NCBI GenBank assembly: GCA_041659805.1
Contig: JBAZXP010000001.1
Span: forward strand, 320,589 to 384,588
Direction of reading: 5' to 3'
DNA from: Microgenomates group bacterium
GTDB lineage: Bacteria > Patescibacteriota > Microgenomatia > Daviesbacterales > UBA10151
DNA length: 64,000 bases
Shown piece after piece: positions 1 to 10,574 of the stretch. A model generated the notes under the pieces. The model had not been told where the DNA came from. It did no database searches and saw nothing but the letters and a program-made list of their open reading frames with translations. Each line of letters starts with the position of its first letter. The first letter of the stretch is position 1. A program made the translations under genes and the position numbers.

Positions 1-189
1 GGAAATGCCAGGGTTGTGGTAGCTTTAGTGCCTTTGGCAGAAATGGGTGGTTATGCAACAGCTATTCGATCAATGTCACAAGGAAGAGCCACATATTACA
101 TGGAAGCTGATCATTATGAACCAGTGCCATCAAATGTCACTCAAAAAATCATAGCAGATTCAGGCTTCACAGGTAGAATCGAGCACTAG
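1..189 (+). CDS. fusA: Elongation factor G, C-terminal fragment (5' truncated by window)
   Basis: Frame 1 reads ...[26 protein letters not shown]..., the EF-G domain V motif; TAG at 187-189; directly upstream of tuf. Confidence 0.95.
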   Translation, partial: GNARVVVALVPLAEMGGYATAIRSMSQGRATYYMEADHYEPVPSNVTQKIIADSGFTGRIEH

Positions 190-280
190 AAAATAAACTA
201 TTGCTTTTTTTTTGCATGTTTGGTAAACTATTCTCTACCAGCTGGAAGAAAGCTGGCTTTTTAAAGGATAAAACAAAAAA

Positions 281-1465
281 ATGGCAGACGCAAAAAAATT
301 TGATAGATCTAAACCACACGTTAACATTGGTACAATGGGCCACGTTGACCATGGAAAAACAACCTTAACTGCAGCTATTACAAAAGTACTCGCTTCCAAA
401 GGTTTAGCAGAAGCACGTTCAATTGATCAAATTGATGCAGCCCCAGAAGAAAAAGCCCGCGGTATTACAATTAACATTTCGCATCAGGAATATGAAACAG
501 AAAAAAGACATTATGCTCATATCGACATGCCAGGTCATGCTGATTACATCAAAAACATGATCACCGGTGCTGCTCAAACAGACGGTGCGATCTTAGTTGT
601 TTCTGCTCCAGATGGTCCAATGCCACAAACCAGAGAACACATTTTACTTGCAAAACAAGTTGGTGTTCCGGCAATTGTTGTTTACATGAATAAAACTGAT
701 CAGGTTTCTGATCCAGAACTTCTTGATTTGGTTGAAGAAGAAATCAGAGACCTTCTTAAGAAATATGAATATGATCCACAATCTCCAATCATCCGAGGCA
801 GTGCTAAAAAAGCTCTCGAGGGGGACGCAGAAGCTATAAAATCAATTGAAGCCTTGATGGATGCAGTAGATGAATGGATTCCAACTCCAGTAAGAGATGC
901 AGACAAACCATTCTTAATGGCTGTTGAAGACGTTTTCTCTATTAAAGGTAGAGGAACAGTTGTTACAGGAAGAATTGAAAGAGGAAAGATTAAAGTTAAT
1001 GAAGAAATTGAAATTGTCGGAATCAGACCAACAAAGAAAAGTGTTGTTACCGGTATTGAAATGTTTCATAAATTACTTGATGAAGGTCAGGCAGGAGACA
1101 ATGCAGGTATTTTACTTAGAGGAATTGAAAAAGATGATGTTGAACGCGGACAAGTTTTAGCTAAAACAGGTTCAATTACACCTCACTCTGAATTTGAAGC
1201 TGAAATTTACGTTCTTTCAAAAGAAGAAGGTGGAAGACACACACCATTTTTCAAAGGATACAGACCACAATTTTATGTCAGAACAACTGATGTGACTGGA
1301 GAAGTTATTTTACCAGAAGGTGTTGAAATGGTTATGCCAGGAGATACAACTAAAATTACAGCTAAACTTATTACACCTGTTGCTATGGAAGAAGGACTTC
1401 GATTTGCTATCCGCGAAGGTGGTAAAACAGTCGGAGCCGGAGCTATTACCAAGATAATTAAATAA
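281..1465 (+). CDS. tuf: Elongation factor Tu
   Basis: [22 protein letters not shown] and NKTD GTPase motifs; 394 aa. Confidence 0.99.
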   Translation: MADAKKFDRSKPHVNIGTMGHVDHGKTTLTAAITKVLASKGLAEARSIDQIDAAPEEKARGITINISHQEYETEKRHYAHIDMPGHADYIKNMITGAAQTDGAILVVSAPDGPMPQTREHILLAKQVGVPAIVVYMNKTDQVSDPELLDLVEEEIRDLLKKYEYDPQSPIIRGSAKKALEGDAEAIKSIEALMDAVDEWIPTPVRDADKPFLMAVEDVFSIKGRGTVVTGRIERGKIKVNEEIEIVGIRPTKKSVVTGIEMFHKLLDEGQAGDNAGILLRGIEKDDVERGQVLAKTGSITPHSEFEAEIYVLSKEEGGRHTPFFKGYRPQFYVRTTDVTGEVILPEGVEMVMPGDTTKITAKLITPVAMEEGLRFAIREGGKTVGAGAITKIIK

Positions 1466-1489
1466 TAATTATCTAATAATAGATAAGAT

Positions 1490-1520
1490 AAAGAGGGCGA
1501 AAAGCCCTTTTTTGTTTTTT
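1490..1520 (+). terminator. Rho-independent terminator after tuf
   Basis: AGGGC-GAAAA-GCCCT hairpin followed by a T-tract. Confidence 0.8.
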
Positions 1521-1569
1521 AAGCACAATTTGTGTTAAAATACTAATTGCACTTTGATAGGAAAAAATT

Positions 1570-1878
1570 ATGGCTAAAGGACGTATAAGAGTCAAATTAA
1601 AAAGTTATGATCATCGGGTACTCGATTCAACAGTCGAGCAACTTTTGGATACTGCTTTGCGAACTGGTGCCAAAATTGTCGGTCCTATCCCACTTCCTAC
1701 TAAAACTACCAGATTTACGATGCCACGTTCTCCTTTTACAGATAAAGACTCTCAGGAAGCTTTTGAAATTAAAATTCACAAAAGATTAGTTGAAATTGTA
1801 GAGCCAACAGATAAAACTATCGATAGCTTAATGCATCTTGAATTACCTGCAGGCGTGGACATTGAAGTGAAGATGTAA
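1570..1878 (+). CDS. rpsJ: 30S ribosomal protein uS10
   Basis: RIRVKLKSYDHRVLD...GPIPLPT...HKRLVEI...LPAGVDIEVK. Confidence 0.99.
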   Translation: MAKGRIRVKLKSYDHRVLDSTVEQLLDTALRTGAKIVGPIPLPTKTTRFTMPRSPFTDKDSQEAFEIKIHKRLVEIVEPTDKTIDSLMHLELPAGVDIEVKM

Positions 1879-1948
1879 TCTACTTTGATGAAGGAAATTC
1901 CTCAACCTTCTTATGCAAGTCTTAAGATTTTATAGGTTGTTTTTCCTC

Positions 1949-1978
1949 TTGCTTTTTGAGGCTGGTTCGTGCTAAAAT
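1949..1978 (+). promoter_or_regulatory. Putative sigma70 promoter for the rplC operon
   Basis: TTGCTT (-35) and extended -10 TGcTAAAAT in the rpsJ-rplC gap. Confidence 0.55.
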
Positions 1979-1999
1979 TAACAGACAACAAAATATATT

Positions 2000-2101
2000 T
2001 TCAGTAGATCGCGCGTCGAGTTTTAAAAGATACGGCGATTTCAAAAGAAAGCGAGATACTGAGTGAGAAGCCTAAGAGCAGTCGAAGGCCTCACTTTTTT
2101 T
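2000..2101 (+). promoter_or_regulatory. Candidate ribosomal-protein leader RNA with intrinsic terminator (attenuator) upstream of rplC
   Basis: GC-rich island folding into a three-way junction (TCAGTA/TACTGA, TCGC/GCGA, CGTCG/CGGCG, TTTC/GAAA), then AGTGAG..GCCT/AGGC-CTCACT hairpin plus T-tract. Confidence 0.65.
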
Positions 2102-2117
2102 GTGTTTAAATGAAAAT

Positions 2118-2900
2118 ATGATTAATACATTATTTGGCATTAAGAAAAATATGACATCCAGTTATGATGCCCGTGGCAGACGCACGGGAGTTACTGTTTT
2201 GGAAATTCAACCCAACATTGTGACACAAGTCAAATCAGTTAGTGGTAAAGATGGTTACAACGCTGTGCAACTTGGCATTGGTTCCAAAAAATCTACAAAA
2301 AAACCTCAAATTGGTCATGCTAAAGCAGCTGGGGTTGACCAAAAAATCAGATGGTTTAGGGAAGTTAAAGAAAAAATTGATATCGAACCAGGAACCTTAA
2401 TTGAACTTGGAAAAATTTTTGCCAAAGGGGATGCAGTTAAGATAACAGGAATTTCCAAAGGAAAAGGTTTTCAGGGTGGTGTCAGACGTCATGGTTTCCA
2501 CGGAGGACCAAAAACTCACGGTCAATCAGACAGACACCGCGCTCCGGGTTCAATTGGATCAGGTACAACCCCAGGACGTGTTTTAAAAGGTAAAAAAATG
2601 GCAGGTCATATGGGAAACGAAACTTCAACAGTCAGTAATTTGGAAGTAATTGAAGTTAAAAAAGCAGAAAATTTATTGATTGTTAAAGGTGCAGTTCCTG
2701 GATATGTGGGTGGTTTAGTCCAAATTACTAAAACAGGCCATATTAAAGGTTATACACCACCTCCTGAAGAAAAACCTGAAGAGGAAGAAGAATCAGAAGA
2801 CCAGAAGACCGGAGAATCAGCTGAATCAGTAACAGAAAATGTAGAGACACCAGTAGAAAGTGTTGAAGTAGAGACGGAAAAAGGAGAAGAAAATGCCTAA
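2118..2900 (+). CDS. rplC: 50S ribosomal protein uL3 with acidic C-terminal extension
   Basis: DGYNAVQLG, SKGKGFQG..RRHGF, HRAPGSIG, GKKMAGHMG; ATG 2118 preferred over the TTG in the ORF track. Confidence 0.99.
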   Translation: MINTLFGIKKNMTSSYDARGRRTGVTVLEIQPNIVTQVKSVSGKDGYNAVQLGIGSKKSTKKPQIGHAKAAGVDQKIRWFREVKEKIDIEPGTLIELGKIFAKGDAVKITGISKGKGFQGGVRRHGFHGGPKTHGQSDRHRAPGSIGSGTTPGRVLKGKKMAGHMGNETSTVSNLEVIEVKKAENLLIVKGAVPGYVGGLVQITKTGHIKGYTPPPEEKPEEEEESEDQKTGESAESVTENVETPVESVEVETEKGEENA

Positions 2901-3651
2901 AGTTGTTAAAGAAAAAAAGGTTGAAGTAAAAAAAGCAGCAGTGAAAAAAGAAGCAGCTCCAAAAGTAGCTGTCAAGAAAACAGCTCCGAAATCAGAGGCT
3001 GTTAATTTGAATGTTCCGATGCTTGGTCTTGACGGAGGCAAAGAAGGAACTCTTGTGCTTCCTGCAGGAATATTTGGTGCTGAGATTAATAAAAAATTAT
3101 TATCACAAGCTCTCCGAGTTTATCTTAATAATAATGCCGGCCATTATTCCAACACAAAAACCAGAGGTGAGGTTAAAGGTTCAACCAGAAAAGTAAGAAT
3201 GCAAAAAGGTACTGGAGGCGCAAGACATGGGGCAGTTAGAGCCCCTATTTTTGTCGGTGGAGGAATTGCGCTTGGTCCGAAATTCAGAAAAACAGAATTA
3301 GAATTACCTAAAAAAATGAGAAAAGCAGCTTTGGTTAGTGCTTTATCTGCCAAAGCCGCTGATGCCGAAATAATGGGAATTACCGGACTTGATAAATCAA
3401 CAGGAAAAACAAAAGAGATGGTGACATTTTTAGAAAAAGCAAATTTAAAAAATGTTTTGATAGTTATTTCCGAAAAGAATGAAAAGTTACAAAGAGCAGT
3501 TAAAAACTTAGAAAAAGTCAGCTCAACTCTTGCTTCTCAAGTTGATCTTTTAGAACTTACAAAATTCAAAAATATTATGTTTACAAAAGATGCAATTACG
3601 TCTTTGCAATCAAGAATCGAAAAGACACAGAAAGTAGGGGTAGCTAAATAA
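2893..3651 (+). CDS. rplD: 50S ribosomal protein uL4 with Lys/Ala-rich N-terminal extension
   Basis: TKTRGEV..STRK..QKGTGGARHG..RAPIFVGGG..GP. Confidence 0.99.
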   Translation: MPKVVKEKKVEVKKAAVKKEAAPKVAVKKTAPKSEAVNLNVPMLGLDGGKEGTLVLPAGIFGAEINKKLLSQALRVYLNNNAGHYSNTKTRGEVKGSTRKVRMQKGTGGARHGAVRAPIFVGGGIALGPKFRKTELELPKKMRKAALVSALSAKAADAEIMGITGLDKSTGKTKEMVTFLEKANLKNVLIVISEKNEKLQRAVKNLEKVSSTLASQVDLLELTKFKNIMFTKDAITSLQSRIEKTQKVGVAK

Positions 3652-4061
3652 TGAATATTATCAAAAGCCCGATTATTTCTGAAAAGTCATTAGGAGACGC
3701 AAAAGATGGTTTCTATACTTTTGTAGTTGAAAAATCTGCCAGAAAACAAGAAATTGCCAAAGCAATTGAAGAAAGATTTGATGTTAGTGTAATTGATATA
3801 AATACTTCAAATTACAAAGATGAAAAAAGACAACAAAGAAGAGTCAGATCAAGCTACACAGTAACTGGCTTCAAAAAAGCTGTTGTAAAACTAAAAAAAG
3901 GACAAAAGATTGGGTTATTTGAAGCAGAAACAGCAGAAGTTGAAACAGCGGGATCAATTGAAGGTGAGCCAGTTGTTAAAGAGAAAAAAAGCATGCTTAA
4001 AGGAACAAAAGTAAAAATTGAAAAAATGGAAGATAAGAAAAAGAAAGAAGGTAAGGATTAA
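3651..4061 (+). CDS. rplW: 50S ribosomal protein uL23
   Basis: PIISEKS, YTFVV, KKAVVKL; position in S10 operon. Confidence 0.97.
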   Translation: MNIIKSPIISEKSLGDAKDGFYTFVVEKSARKQEIAKAIEERFDVSVIDINTSNYKDEKRQQRRVRSSYTVTGFKKAVVKLKKGQKIGLFEAETAEVETAGSIEGEPVVKEKKSMLKGTKVKIEKMEDKKKKEGKD

Positions 4062-4882
4062 TGGCACTGATTAAATATAAAGAAAAAACAAAAACCAGAA
4101 GGTTTGCGTCCAAAATGGAAAAACCTAAGAAAAATAAAAATGCTATCAAAAGCTTATTATCCATTTTGCAAAAACACTCTGGTCGATCAAAAGGCACTGT
4201 CACTGTCCGTCATCAGGGTGGAAGACATAAAAGATATTACCGTGAGATTGATTTTAAAAGAAATAAATTTGGTGTAGAAGGAACAGTTTCCGCAATCGAA
4301 TATGACCCAAATAGAAACGTTGATATAGCTTTGATCAAATATTCAGATGGGGAGTATCGTTATATTTTAGGATTAAAAGGATTAAAGGTTGGAGATAAAA
4401 TTGAGTCAAATGAAAAGGTAGAAGTAAAATTAGGAAATGCTATGAAACTAAAAAATATTCCAGTAGGAACTCAGATCCATAATGTTGAACTGACACCAGG
4501 CAAAGGTGGACAATTAGGTCGTTCTGCAGGGACGTCCTTAACCTTGCAAGCAAAGCAAGCTCCTTACGCACACTTGAAACTTCCTTCAGGAGAGATTAGA
4601 ATGGTTTCCCTGGAAAGTTTAGCAACTGTTGGTGTTTTAGGTAATGAGGAATATAAAAATATGGAACTTGGTAAAGCCGGTCGCAAAAGACATATGGGTA
4701 TTAGACCAACTGTTAGAGGAACGGCCCAAGACCCAGGCTCACATCCACATGGTGGAGGAGAAGGTAGATCTGGTATAGGACGTAAGAAACCAATGACTGT
4801 ATACGGACGTCCTGCTGTTGGTAAAACAAGAAATAAAAAGAAACTTTCAGGTAAAATGATTATAAAGAGGAGAAAAAAATAA
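4061..4882 (+). CDS. rplB: 50S ribosomal protein uL2
   Basis: [29 protein letters not shown]. Confidence 0.99.
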   Translation: MALIKYKEKTKTRRFASKMEKPKKNKNAIKSLLSILQKHSGRSKGTVTVRHQGGRHKRYYREIDFKRNKFGVEGTVSAIEYDPNRNVDIALIKYSDGEYRYILGLKGLKVGDKIESNEKVEVKLGNAMKLKNIPVGTQIHNVELTPGKGGQLGRSAGTSLTLQAKQAPYAHLKLPSGEIRMVSLESLATVGVLGNEEYKNMELGKAGRKRHMGIRPTVRGTAQDPGSHPHGGGEGRSGIGRKKPMTVYGRPAVGKTRNKKKLSGKMIIKRRKK

Positions 4883-5167
4883 ATGTCTAGATCATTAAAA
4901 AAAGGACCATACATTGATAAAAAATTGCTTGAAAAAATAATGAAGCAAAAAGACGGTGGGAAAAAAGACCCAATAAAAACCTGGGCTAGGGCATCTCAAA
5001 TTTCACCAGATTTTGTTGGGCATACTTTTTTGGTTCATAATGGTAAAAACTTTATTTCAGTTTTTATCTCTGAATCAATGGTTGGTCATAGACTTGGAGA
5101 ATTTTCTCCTACTAGAACTTTTAGATCACATGGTAAAAAGACAGAAAAATCAGCAGCTAAGACCTAA
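4883..5167 (+). CDS. rpsS: 30S ribosomal protein uS19
   Basis: [30 protein letters not shown]. Confidence 0.99.
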   Translation: MSRSLKKGPYIDKKLLEKIMKQKDGGKKDPIKTWARASQISPDFVGHTFLVHNGKNFISVFISESMVGHRLGEFSPTRTFRSHGKKTEKSAAKT

Positions 5168-5178
5168 TAAATAAAAAT

Positions 5179-5565
5179 ATGGAAATAACATCAATACAAA
5201 AAAATATTCATAATTCACCTCGTAAAATAAGGTTAGTGGTAGATATGATCAGAAATATGAAACCAGCTACTGCTGTGACTCAGTTGCAATTTACTAATAA
5301 AGCTGCAGCCTTGCCCGTTGCAAAAGCTATCAAAACAGTTTTGGGAAATGCTAAAGAACAAAAATTAGATGTTAATGAAATGATCTTTAAAACAATTGAA
5401 GTTAATGAAGGTTTTAAAATGAAAAGATTCAGAGCTGGAACAAAAGGTAGATCAAAACCTTATGTAAAAAGAACCAGCCAATTAAAGATTGTTTTAACAA
5501 ACGAAGTAAAAGAAGTAAAACCGGTCGCAAAAAAAGAAGGAGATAAAGCTAAAAAAGCTGAATAA
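5179..5565 (+). CDS. rplV: 50S ribosomal protein uL22
   Basis: SPRKIRLVVD..., KRTSQLKIVL; synteny. Confidence 0.98.
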   Translation: MEITSIQKNIHNSPRKIRLVVDMIRNMKPATAVTQLQFTNKAAALPVAKAIKTVLGNAKEQKLDVNEMIFKTIEVNEGFKMKRFRAGTKGRSKPYVKRTSQLKIVLTNEVKEVKPVAKKEGDKAKKAE

Positions 5566-5567
5566 CT

Positions 5568-6212
5568 ATGGGAAGAAAGATTAATCCAATCAGTTTTAGA
5601 ATGGGTGGAACAACAACTTGGCAATCAAGATGGTTTGCCATGGATAAAAAATACAGACAGTATGTCTTAACTGATATTAAGATAAGAGATATTTTGATGA
5701 AAAAACTTAGACCTGCTGGAATTGTAAAAGTGGAAATTGAAAGAGCAAGCAATAAATTAAAAGCAATTATTTTTGTGGCCCGACCCGGTGTTTTGATCGG
5801 ACGTGGTGGGCAGGGATTAACTGATTTGAAAAAATTCTTAATGAAAGAACTTGCTATTAAAGATGAAAATGCTTTGGAAATAACTCCGATGGATGTCCGT
5901 GCTCCTGATTTGTCTGCATATTTAGTTGCTCTCAATGCGTCAGAACAATTGGCCAAGAGATTACCGGCTCAAAGAATTATGAATCAAACAGTTGATCGAT
6001 GTATGAGAGCAGGGGCTAAAGGAGTCAGGATTGTATTATCAGGTCGTATCGGTGGAGCAGAAATTGCCAGACGTGAATGGAAAGCACTAGGCACAATGCC
6101 GCTTCATACCTTAAGACAAGATATTGATTATGCATCAGTTCCTGCTTTAACAAAATCAGGTTATGTCGGAGTTAAAGTTTGGATTAATCGTGGAGAGGCG
6201 GAGATCAAATAA
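5568..6212 (+). CDS. rpsC: 30S ribosomal protein uS3
   Basis: MGRKINPISFR, RPGVLIGRGG, SGRIGGAEIARRE, GVKVWI. Confidence 0.99.
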   Translation: MGRKINPISFRMGGTTTWQSRWFAMDKKYRQYVLTDIKIRDILMKKLRPAGIVKVEIERASNKLKAIIFVARPGVLIGRGGQGLTDLKKFLMKELAIKDENALEITPMDVRAPDLSAYLVALNASEQLAKRLPAQRIMNQTVDRCMRAGAKGVRIVLSGRIGGAEIARREWKALGTMPLHTLRQDIDYASVPALTKSGYVGVKVWINRGEAEIK

Positions 6213-6626
6213 ATGGCATTATTAGTTCCAAAAAGAGTTAAACATAGAAAAACCTTCCGCGGTAAAAGAGGAGGGGTAGCCCTTCGTGGAAATGAATTAA
6301 ATTTTGGAACATATGGATTGAAAGTGGTTGACCGTGGTTGGATTACATCAAGGCAAATTGAGGCTGCCAGACGTGCTGTGACCCATTTTACAGCCCGTGG
6401 AGGAAGATTATGGATCAGGATCTTTCCTGATAAACCGGTGACTAAACATCCAGCTGAGGCTAGAATGGGATCAGGTAAAGGAGATGTTATCGGTTATGTA
6501 GCAGTTGTTCGACCAGGTAATATCATTTTTGAGATAGGTGCGGTATCATTTGCAACTGCACAGGAAGCTTTAAGACTGGCAGCTCATAAACTGCCGTTGA
6601 AAACTAAATTTGTGATAAAGGAATAA
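6213..6626 (+). CDS. rplP: 50S ribosomal protein uL16
   Basis: [24 protein letters not shown]. Confidence 0.99.
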   Translation: MALLVPKRVKHRKTFRGKRGGVALRGNELNFGTYGLKVVDRGWITSRQIEAARRAVTHFTARGGRLWIRIFPDKPVTKHPAEARMGSGKGDVIGYVAVVRPGNIIFEIGAVSFATAQEALRLAAHKLPLKTKFVIKE

Positions 6627-6631
6627 TATAT

Positions 6632-6886
6632 ATGAAAAAAAACGATTTTAATGAAATTAAAAAAATGGATACAAAAAGTTTAGCTGAGAAAGCTTTAAAA
6701 ATTAAGGAAGAAATTAAGGGTTTAGTAATCGATAAAAATATGAATAAAATGACAAATTTAAAAACAATTAAATTTAAAAGAAATGAGTTAGCTAAAACTT
6801 TAACAGTATTGCAGCAAAAACAATTATTGGAAAAATTAGAGAAGATAAATATATCAGTTAAAGAGGAGGAAAAAGCAAATGCCTAA
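6632..6886 (+). CDS. rpmC: 50S ribosomal protein uL29 (divergent)
   Basis: Helical basic 84-aa ORF between rplP and rpsQ; ...KRNELAKTLTVLQQK. Confidence 0.85.
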   Translation: MKKNDFNEIKKMDTKSLAEKALKIKEEIKGLVIDKNMNKMTNLKTIKFKRNELAKTLTVLQQKQLLEKLEKINISVKEEEKANA

Positions 6887-7337
6887 AAAAGTGAAAAAAG
6901 AAGAAATGAAAACAGAAGAAAAAGAAACTATGAAAAAACATCAACAAGTTTTTAGAGGTAGAGTAGTTTCTGCAAAAACCAAACAGACTGCAACTGTTTT
7001 ACTTGAGAGTAGAAAAACACATCCTTTATACAAAAAATCTTATGCACAAAGCAAAAAGTTCTTAGTTCATGATGAATTGGGTGTTAAGGCCGGAGATATT
7101 GTAGAAATAGTTAAATGTCGACCAATTTCAAAGAACAAACATTTTACAATATTAAAGGTTGTGGGTCGTGATATTGAGGCAATTGTGACAGAAAAAATTA
7201 ACGAGGATGTCAAAAAAGCTATTGAGGAAGTTATACCAGAAAAATCAGAGGATCAGAATATCGGCGAATCAGCAGAGCAAAAAACTAGTGTGCCGACTAG
7301 CCGAAAAACTGACAAACCGAAAAAGGAGACTAAATAA
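6879..7337 (+). CDS. rpsQ: 30S ribosomal protein uS17 with N- and C-terminal extensions
   Basis: [29 protein letters not shown]. Confidence 0.98.
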   Translation: MPKKVKKEEMKTEEKETMKKHQQVFRGRVVSAKTKQTATVLLESRKTHPLYKKSYAQSKKFLVHDELGVKAGDIVEIVKCRPISKNKHFTILKVVGRDIEAIVTEKINEDVKKAIEEVIPEKSEDQNIGESAEQKTSVPTSRKTDKPKKETK

Positions 7338-7705
7338 TGTTACAGCACAGATCAACAGTTAAAGTAGCAGATAATAGCGGAGCTAAAATGCTGATGGTTA
7401 TTCAACCATTGGGTGGATCAGGCAAAAGAAAAGTTGCTTTGGGAGAATTATTTGTTGGTGTAGTTAAAGGAGCAACTCCTAACGGACAGGTTAAAGATCA
7501 TGAGATTGTCAGAGCAGTTGTTGTTAGGACTAAAAAAGAGAGAAGAAGAGATGACGGTTCTTACATTAAATTTGATGAAAATGCAGTGGTGATAATTGAT
7601 AAAGACGGAAATTTACGTGCCACACGTGTGTTTGGTCCGATTGCCAGAGAAGTTAGGGATAAGGGATTTACTAAAATTGCGTCGCTTGCACCGGAGGTAT
7701 GGTAA
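7337..7705 (+). CDS. rplN: 50S ribosomal protein uL14
   Basis: [29 protein letters not shown]. Confidence 0.99.
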   Translation: MLQHRSTVKVADNSGAKMLMVIQPLGGSGKRKVALGELFVGVVKGATPNGQVKDHEIVRAVVVRTKKERRRDDGSYIKFDENAVVIIDKDGNLRATRVFGPIAREVRDKGFTKIASLAPEVW

Positions 7706-8032
7706 ATGAAAATACAAACAGGAGATAACGTAAAAATATTATTAGGAAAAGATCGGGGAAAAATCGGAAAGGTTTTGCGTGTCTGGACTAAAGAAGACAA
7801 AGTTTTGGTTGAAGGAATAAATATGTATAAAAGACATGTTAAAAAAACAGCACAACATGAAGGAGGAATTTTAGATATTCCGAAACAAATAAATATTAGT
7901 AATGTTGCGCTTGTCTGTCCGGAATGTAAAAAACCAAGCAGAATCGGTGTGATTTTCGAAGGGGAAGTAAAGTCAAGAATTTGTAAAAAATGTAAAGAAA
8001 AAATAACAATTAAAAAGGAGAAGAGCAGATGA
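7706..8032 (+). CDS. rplX: 50S ribosomal protein uL24
   Basis: KOW motif GDNVKILLGKDRGKIGKV, VEGIN, ISNV; CxxC...CxxC pair. Confidence 0.98.
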   Translation: MKIQTGDNVKILLGKDRGKIGKVLRVWTKEDKVLVEGINMYKRHVKKTAQHEGGILDIPKQINISNVALVCPECKKPSRIGVIFEGEVKSRICKKCKEKITIKKEKSR

Positions 8033-8586
8033 GCAGATTAAAGGATAAATATCTAAAAGAAGTGTTGCCGAAATTAAAAGAAGAATACGGAATTAAAAAT
8101 CATATGGCTGTTCCTAAATTGCAAAAAATTGTGATTAATGTCGGCATGGGAGACGCTAAAGACAATAAAGAAATCGCTCAAAAAGTGGTTGAAAACCTGA
8201 CAGCTTTAGCAGGTCAAAAACCAGTAACTACTGTTGCTAAACAATCCATTGCTGGCTTTAAACTTGGAAAAGGCAATCCAATTGGAGCCATGACAACTTT
8301 AAGAGGTGAAAGAATGTACGATTTCCTGGATAAACTTATCAGTATTGTTTTGCCAAAGGTAAGAGATTTTAGAGGAATTTCAAACACCTCATTTGATTCA
8401 CGCGGAAATTACACTTTAGGATTACCTGAACAATCTATTTTTCCGGAGATAGCCTTTCAAAATGTAGCGTTAGGGAGTAAAATGAGAGGCTTGGAAATTT
8501 CTATAGTAGGTAACAGCAAAAGTTTAGAACAAGGAAAAAAGTTATTAGAACTTTTAGGAATGCCTTTTAAAAAGGAGAGTAAGTAA
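8029..8586 (+). CDS. rplE: 50S ribosomal protein uL5
   Basis: KIVINVG, GQKP, TLRGERMYDFLDKL, LPKVRDFRG. Confidence 0.99.
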   Translation: MSRLKDKYLKEVLPKLKEEYGIKNHMAVPKLQKIVINVGMGDAKDNKEIAQKVVENLTALAGQKPVTTVAKQSIAGFKLGKGNPIGAMTTLRGERMYDFLDKLISIVLPKVRDFRGISNTSFDSRGNYTLGLPEQSIFPEIAFQNVALGSKMRGLEISIVGNSKSLEQGKKLLELLGMPFKKESK

Positions 8587-8589
8587 TAT

Positions 8590-8769
8590 ATGGCAAAAAC
8601 CAGTAATGTTGTTAAAGCAAAAGAAAAGTATCCTGTTAGGTATCATTCAAGATGCCAAAGATGCGGAAGATCAAGATTTGTCTACCGAAAATTCGGTTTG
8701 TGTAGGCTTTGTTTTAGGGAACTTGCTAATTTAGGACAATTGCCGGGAGTAAAGAAATCGAGTTGGTAA
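8590..8769 (+). CDS. rpsN: 30S ribosomal protein uS14, zinc-binding type (not in ORF track)
   Basis: My translation: [59 protein letters not shown]. Confidence 0.98.
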   Translation: MAKTSNVVKAKEKYPVRYHSRCQRCGRSRFVYRKFGLCRLCFRELANLGQLPGVKKSSW

Positions 8770-8775
8770 AAATAT

Positions 8776-9150
8776 ATGGATAAAGTTGGAGATTTATTAA
8801 TTAGAATAAAAAATGGATACATGGCCCGTTTACACGAGGTGTCTGCACCATACTCAAAATTAAGTACAGCTATTTGTAAACTCTTAAAAGAGGAAGGTTT
8901 TATTGAAGATTTTAAAGCAGGCGATCGAGATATTGTTATTAACTTAAAATATATGGACAGAAAACCTGTTTTGACAAACGTTAAAAGAATTTCCAAGCCC
9001 GGTAAAAGAGTTTATAAAGGCAGCAAACTAATCCCGAGAGTTTATAACGGATACGGATTTGCAATTATTTCAACACCAAAAGGTATCTTATCTGATAAAC
9101 AGGCACGAAAGGAGGGCGTAGGCGGAGAAATCATGGCCTACGTTTGGTAA
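8776..9150 (+). CDS. rpsH: 30S ribosomal protein uS8
   Basis: LLIRIKNG, RISKPGKRVY, ISTPKG, GVGGE. Confidence 0.99.
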   Translation: MDKVGDLLIRIKNGYMARLHEVSAPYSKLSTAICKLLKEEGFIEDFKAGDRDIVINLKYMDRKPVLTNVKRISKPGKRVYKGSKLIPRVYNGYGFAIISTPKGILSDKQARKEGVGGEIMAYVW

Positions 9151-9152
9151 AT

Positions 9153-9710
9153 ATGTCCCGAATAGGTGATGCACCAATAACCATACCAAGTGGCGTAAAT
9201 ATAGAAATTACACCTTCAAGGGTAACTGTCACCGGTCCTTTAGGTGAACTTAACATGGAATATTTGCCAAAAGTAAAAGTTGAAGTGGTAGATAATCAGG
9301 TTATTGTTAAAAGAAAACATGAAGATAAATTCTCAAAATCTTTACATGGTCTGACCAGATCATTAATTAACAATATGATTATTGGGGTCGAAAAAGGTTG
9401 GGAGAAAAAATTAGAATTAGTTGGTGTCGGATATAAAGCAGCTGCAGTGGGTGAAAAACTTAGTCTTGCTGTTGGATATTCTCACCCGGTTGAAATTGCT
9501 ATGCCGGAAGGAATTAAGTTTGCTGTTACTGATAATACAAAAATAACAATTTCTGGAATCGATAAAATAAAAGTCGGACAAATTGCCGCTAAAATCAGAG
9601 ACGTCAGACCACCTGAACCTTACAAAGGAAAAGGAATTAGATATACCGGAGAATACATCAGAAGAAAAGCAGGAAAAGCAGGAAAGGTTGGAGCAGGAGC
9701 TGCTAAATAA
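9153..9710 (+). CDS. rplF: 50S ribosomal protein uL6
   Basis: [24 protein letters not shown]. Confidence 0.99.
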   Translation: MSRIGDAPITIPSGVNIEITPSRVTVTGPLGELNMEYLPKVKVEVVDNQVIVKRKHEDKFSKSLHGLTRSLINNMIIGVEKGWEKKLELVGVGYKAAAVGEKLSLAVGYSHPVEIAMPEGIKFAVTDNTKITISGIDKIKVGQIAAKIRDVRPPEPYKGKGIRYTGEYIRRKAGKAGKVGAGAAK

Positions 9711-9714
9711 TCTT

Positions 9715-10047
9715 ATGAATAATAGACAAAGAAGACATTATAAAATAAGAAAACACGTGATCGGTACAGCTGAAGTCCCAAGATTGAGTGTATTCCGTTC
9801 TAACTCTCATATTTATGCTCAGGTTATTGATGATAGTTTAGGTAAAACTTTAGCATTTGAGTCTGATATCAAATCTGATGCAAAAACCAAAAAAGAAGAC
9901 AGAGCATTTGAAGTCGGTAAAAAATTAGCTGAGAAAGCTGCCAAAAAAGGAATTAAGAAAGTTGTTTTTGATCGCGGTGGATTTTTGTATCACGGAAGAA
10001 TTGCCAAAGTTGCTGATGGGGCAAGAGAAGGAGGACTGCAATTCTAA
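9715..10047 (+). CDS. rplR: 50S ribosomal protein uL18
   Basis: [29 protein letters not shown]; ATG 9715. Confidence 0.98.
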   Translation: MNNRQRRHYKIRKHVIGTAEVPRLSVFRSNSHIYAQVIDDSLGKTLAFESDIKSDAKTKKEDRAFEVGKKLAEKAAKKGIKKVVFDRGGFLYHGRIAKVADGAREGGLQF

Positions 10048-10574
10048 TGAATCCTGAATATCAACAATCCGAATATCTAGAAAAAGTTGTTCAAGTTAAC
10101 AGAGTTTCTAAAAAAACTAAAGGTGGAGATAAAAGATCTTTATCAGTTATTGTAGTGGTAGGGGATCGAAACGGGCAGGTCGGAGTCGGTCTTGGAAAAG
10201 CAGCTGATGTGCAATCAGCAGTTAAAAAAGCAACTTCATATGCTAAAAAACATTTGATCACTGTTCCTATGGTTGATAACAGAACTATCCCTCATGAAAT
10301 TAATATTAAACTTGGTGCAGCTAGAGTTATGTTAAAACCGGCCAAAGCTGGAACAGGTATTATTGCCGGTGGAGCAGTCAGGGTTGTTGTTGAAGCATGT
10401 GGTATTTCAGATATTGTTTCAAAAATATTAGGAACTAAAAATCAGGCATCAAATGTGTATGCAACTTTGGAAGCACTTTCCAGATTACATGCAGTAAGGG
10501 AAAAACAAGTTAAAGAGAAAAAAGAAACAACAGAAAAAGAAGTAAAAGAAGAAAAAGGAAAAGATAAACAATGA
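10047..10574 (+). CDS. rpsE: 30S ribosomal protein uS5
   Basis: VNRVSKKTKGG, VVVGD..G.VGVGLGKA, GTGIIAGG. Confidence 0.99.
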   Translation: MNPEYQQSEYLEKVVQVNRVSKKTKGGDKRSLSVIVVVGDRNGQVGVGLGKAADVQSAVKKATSYAKKHLITVPMVDNRTIPHEINIKLGAARVMLKPAKAGTGIIAGGAVRVVVEACGISDIVSKILGTKNQASNVYATLEALSRLHAVREKQVKEKKETTEKEVKEEKGKDKQ

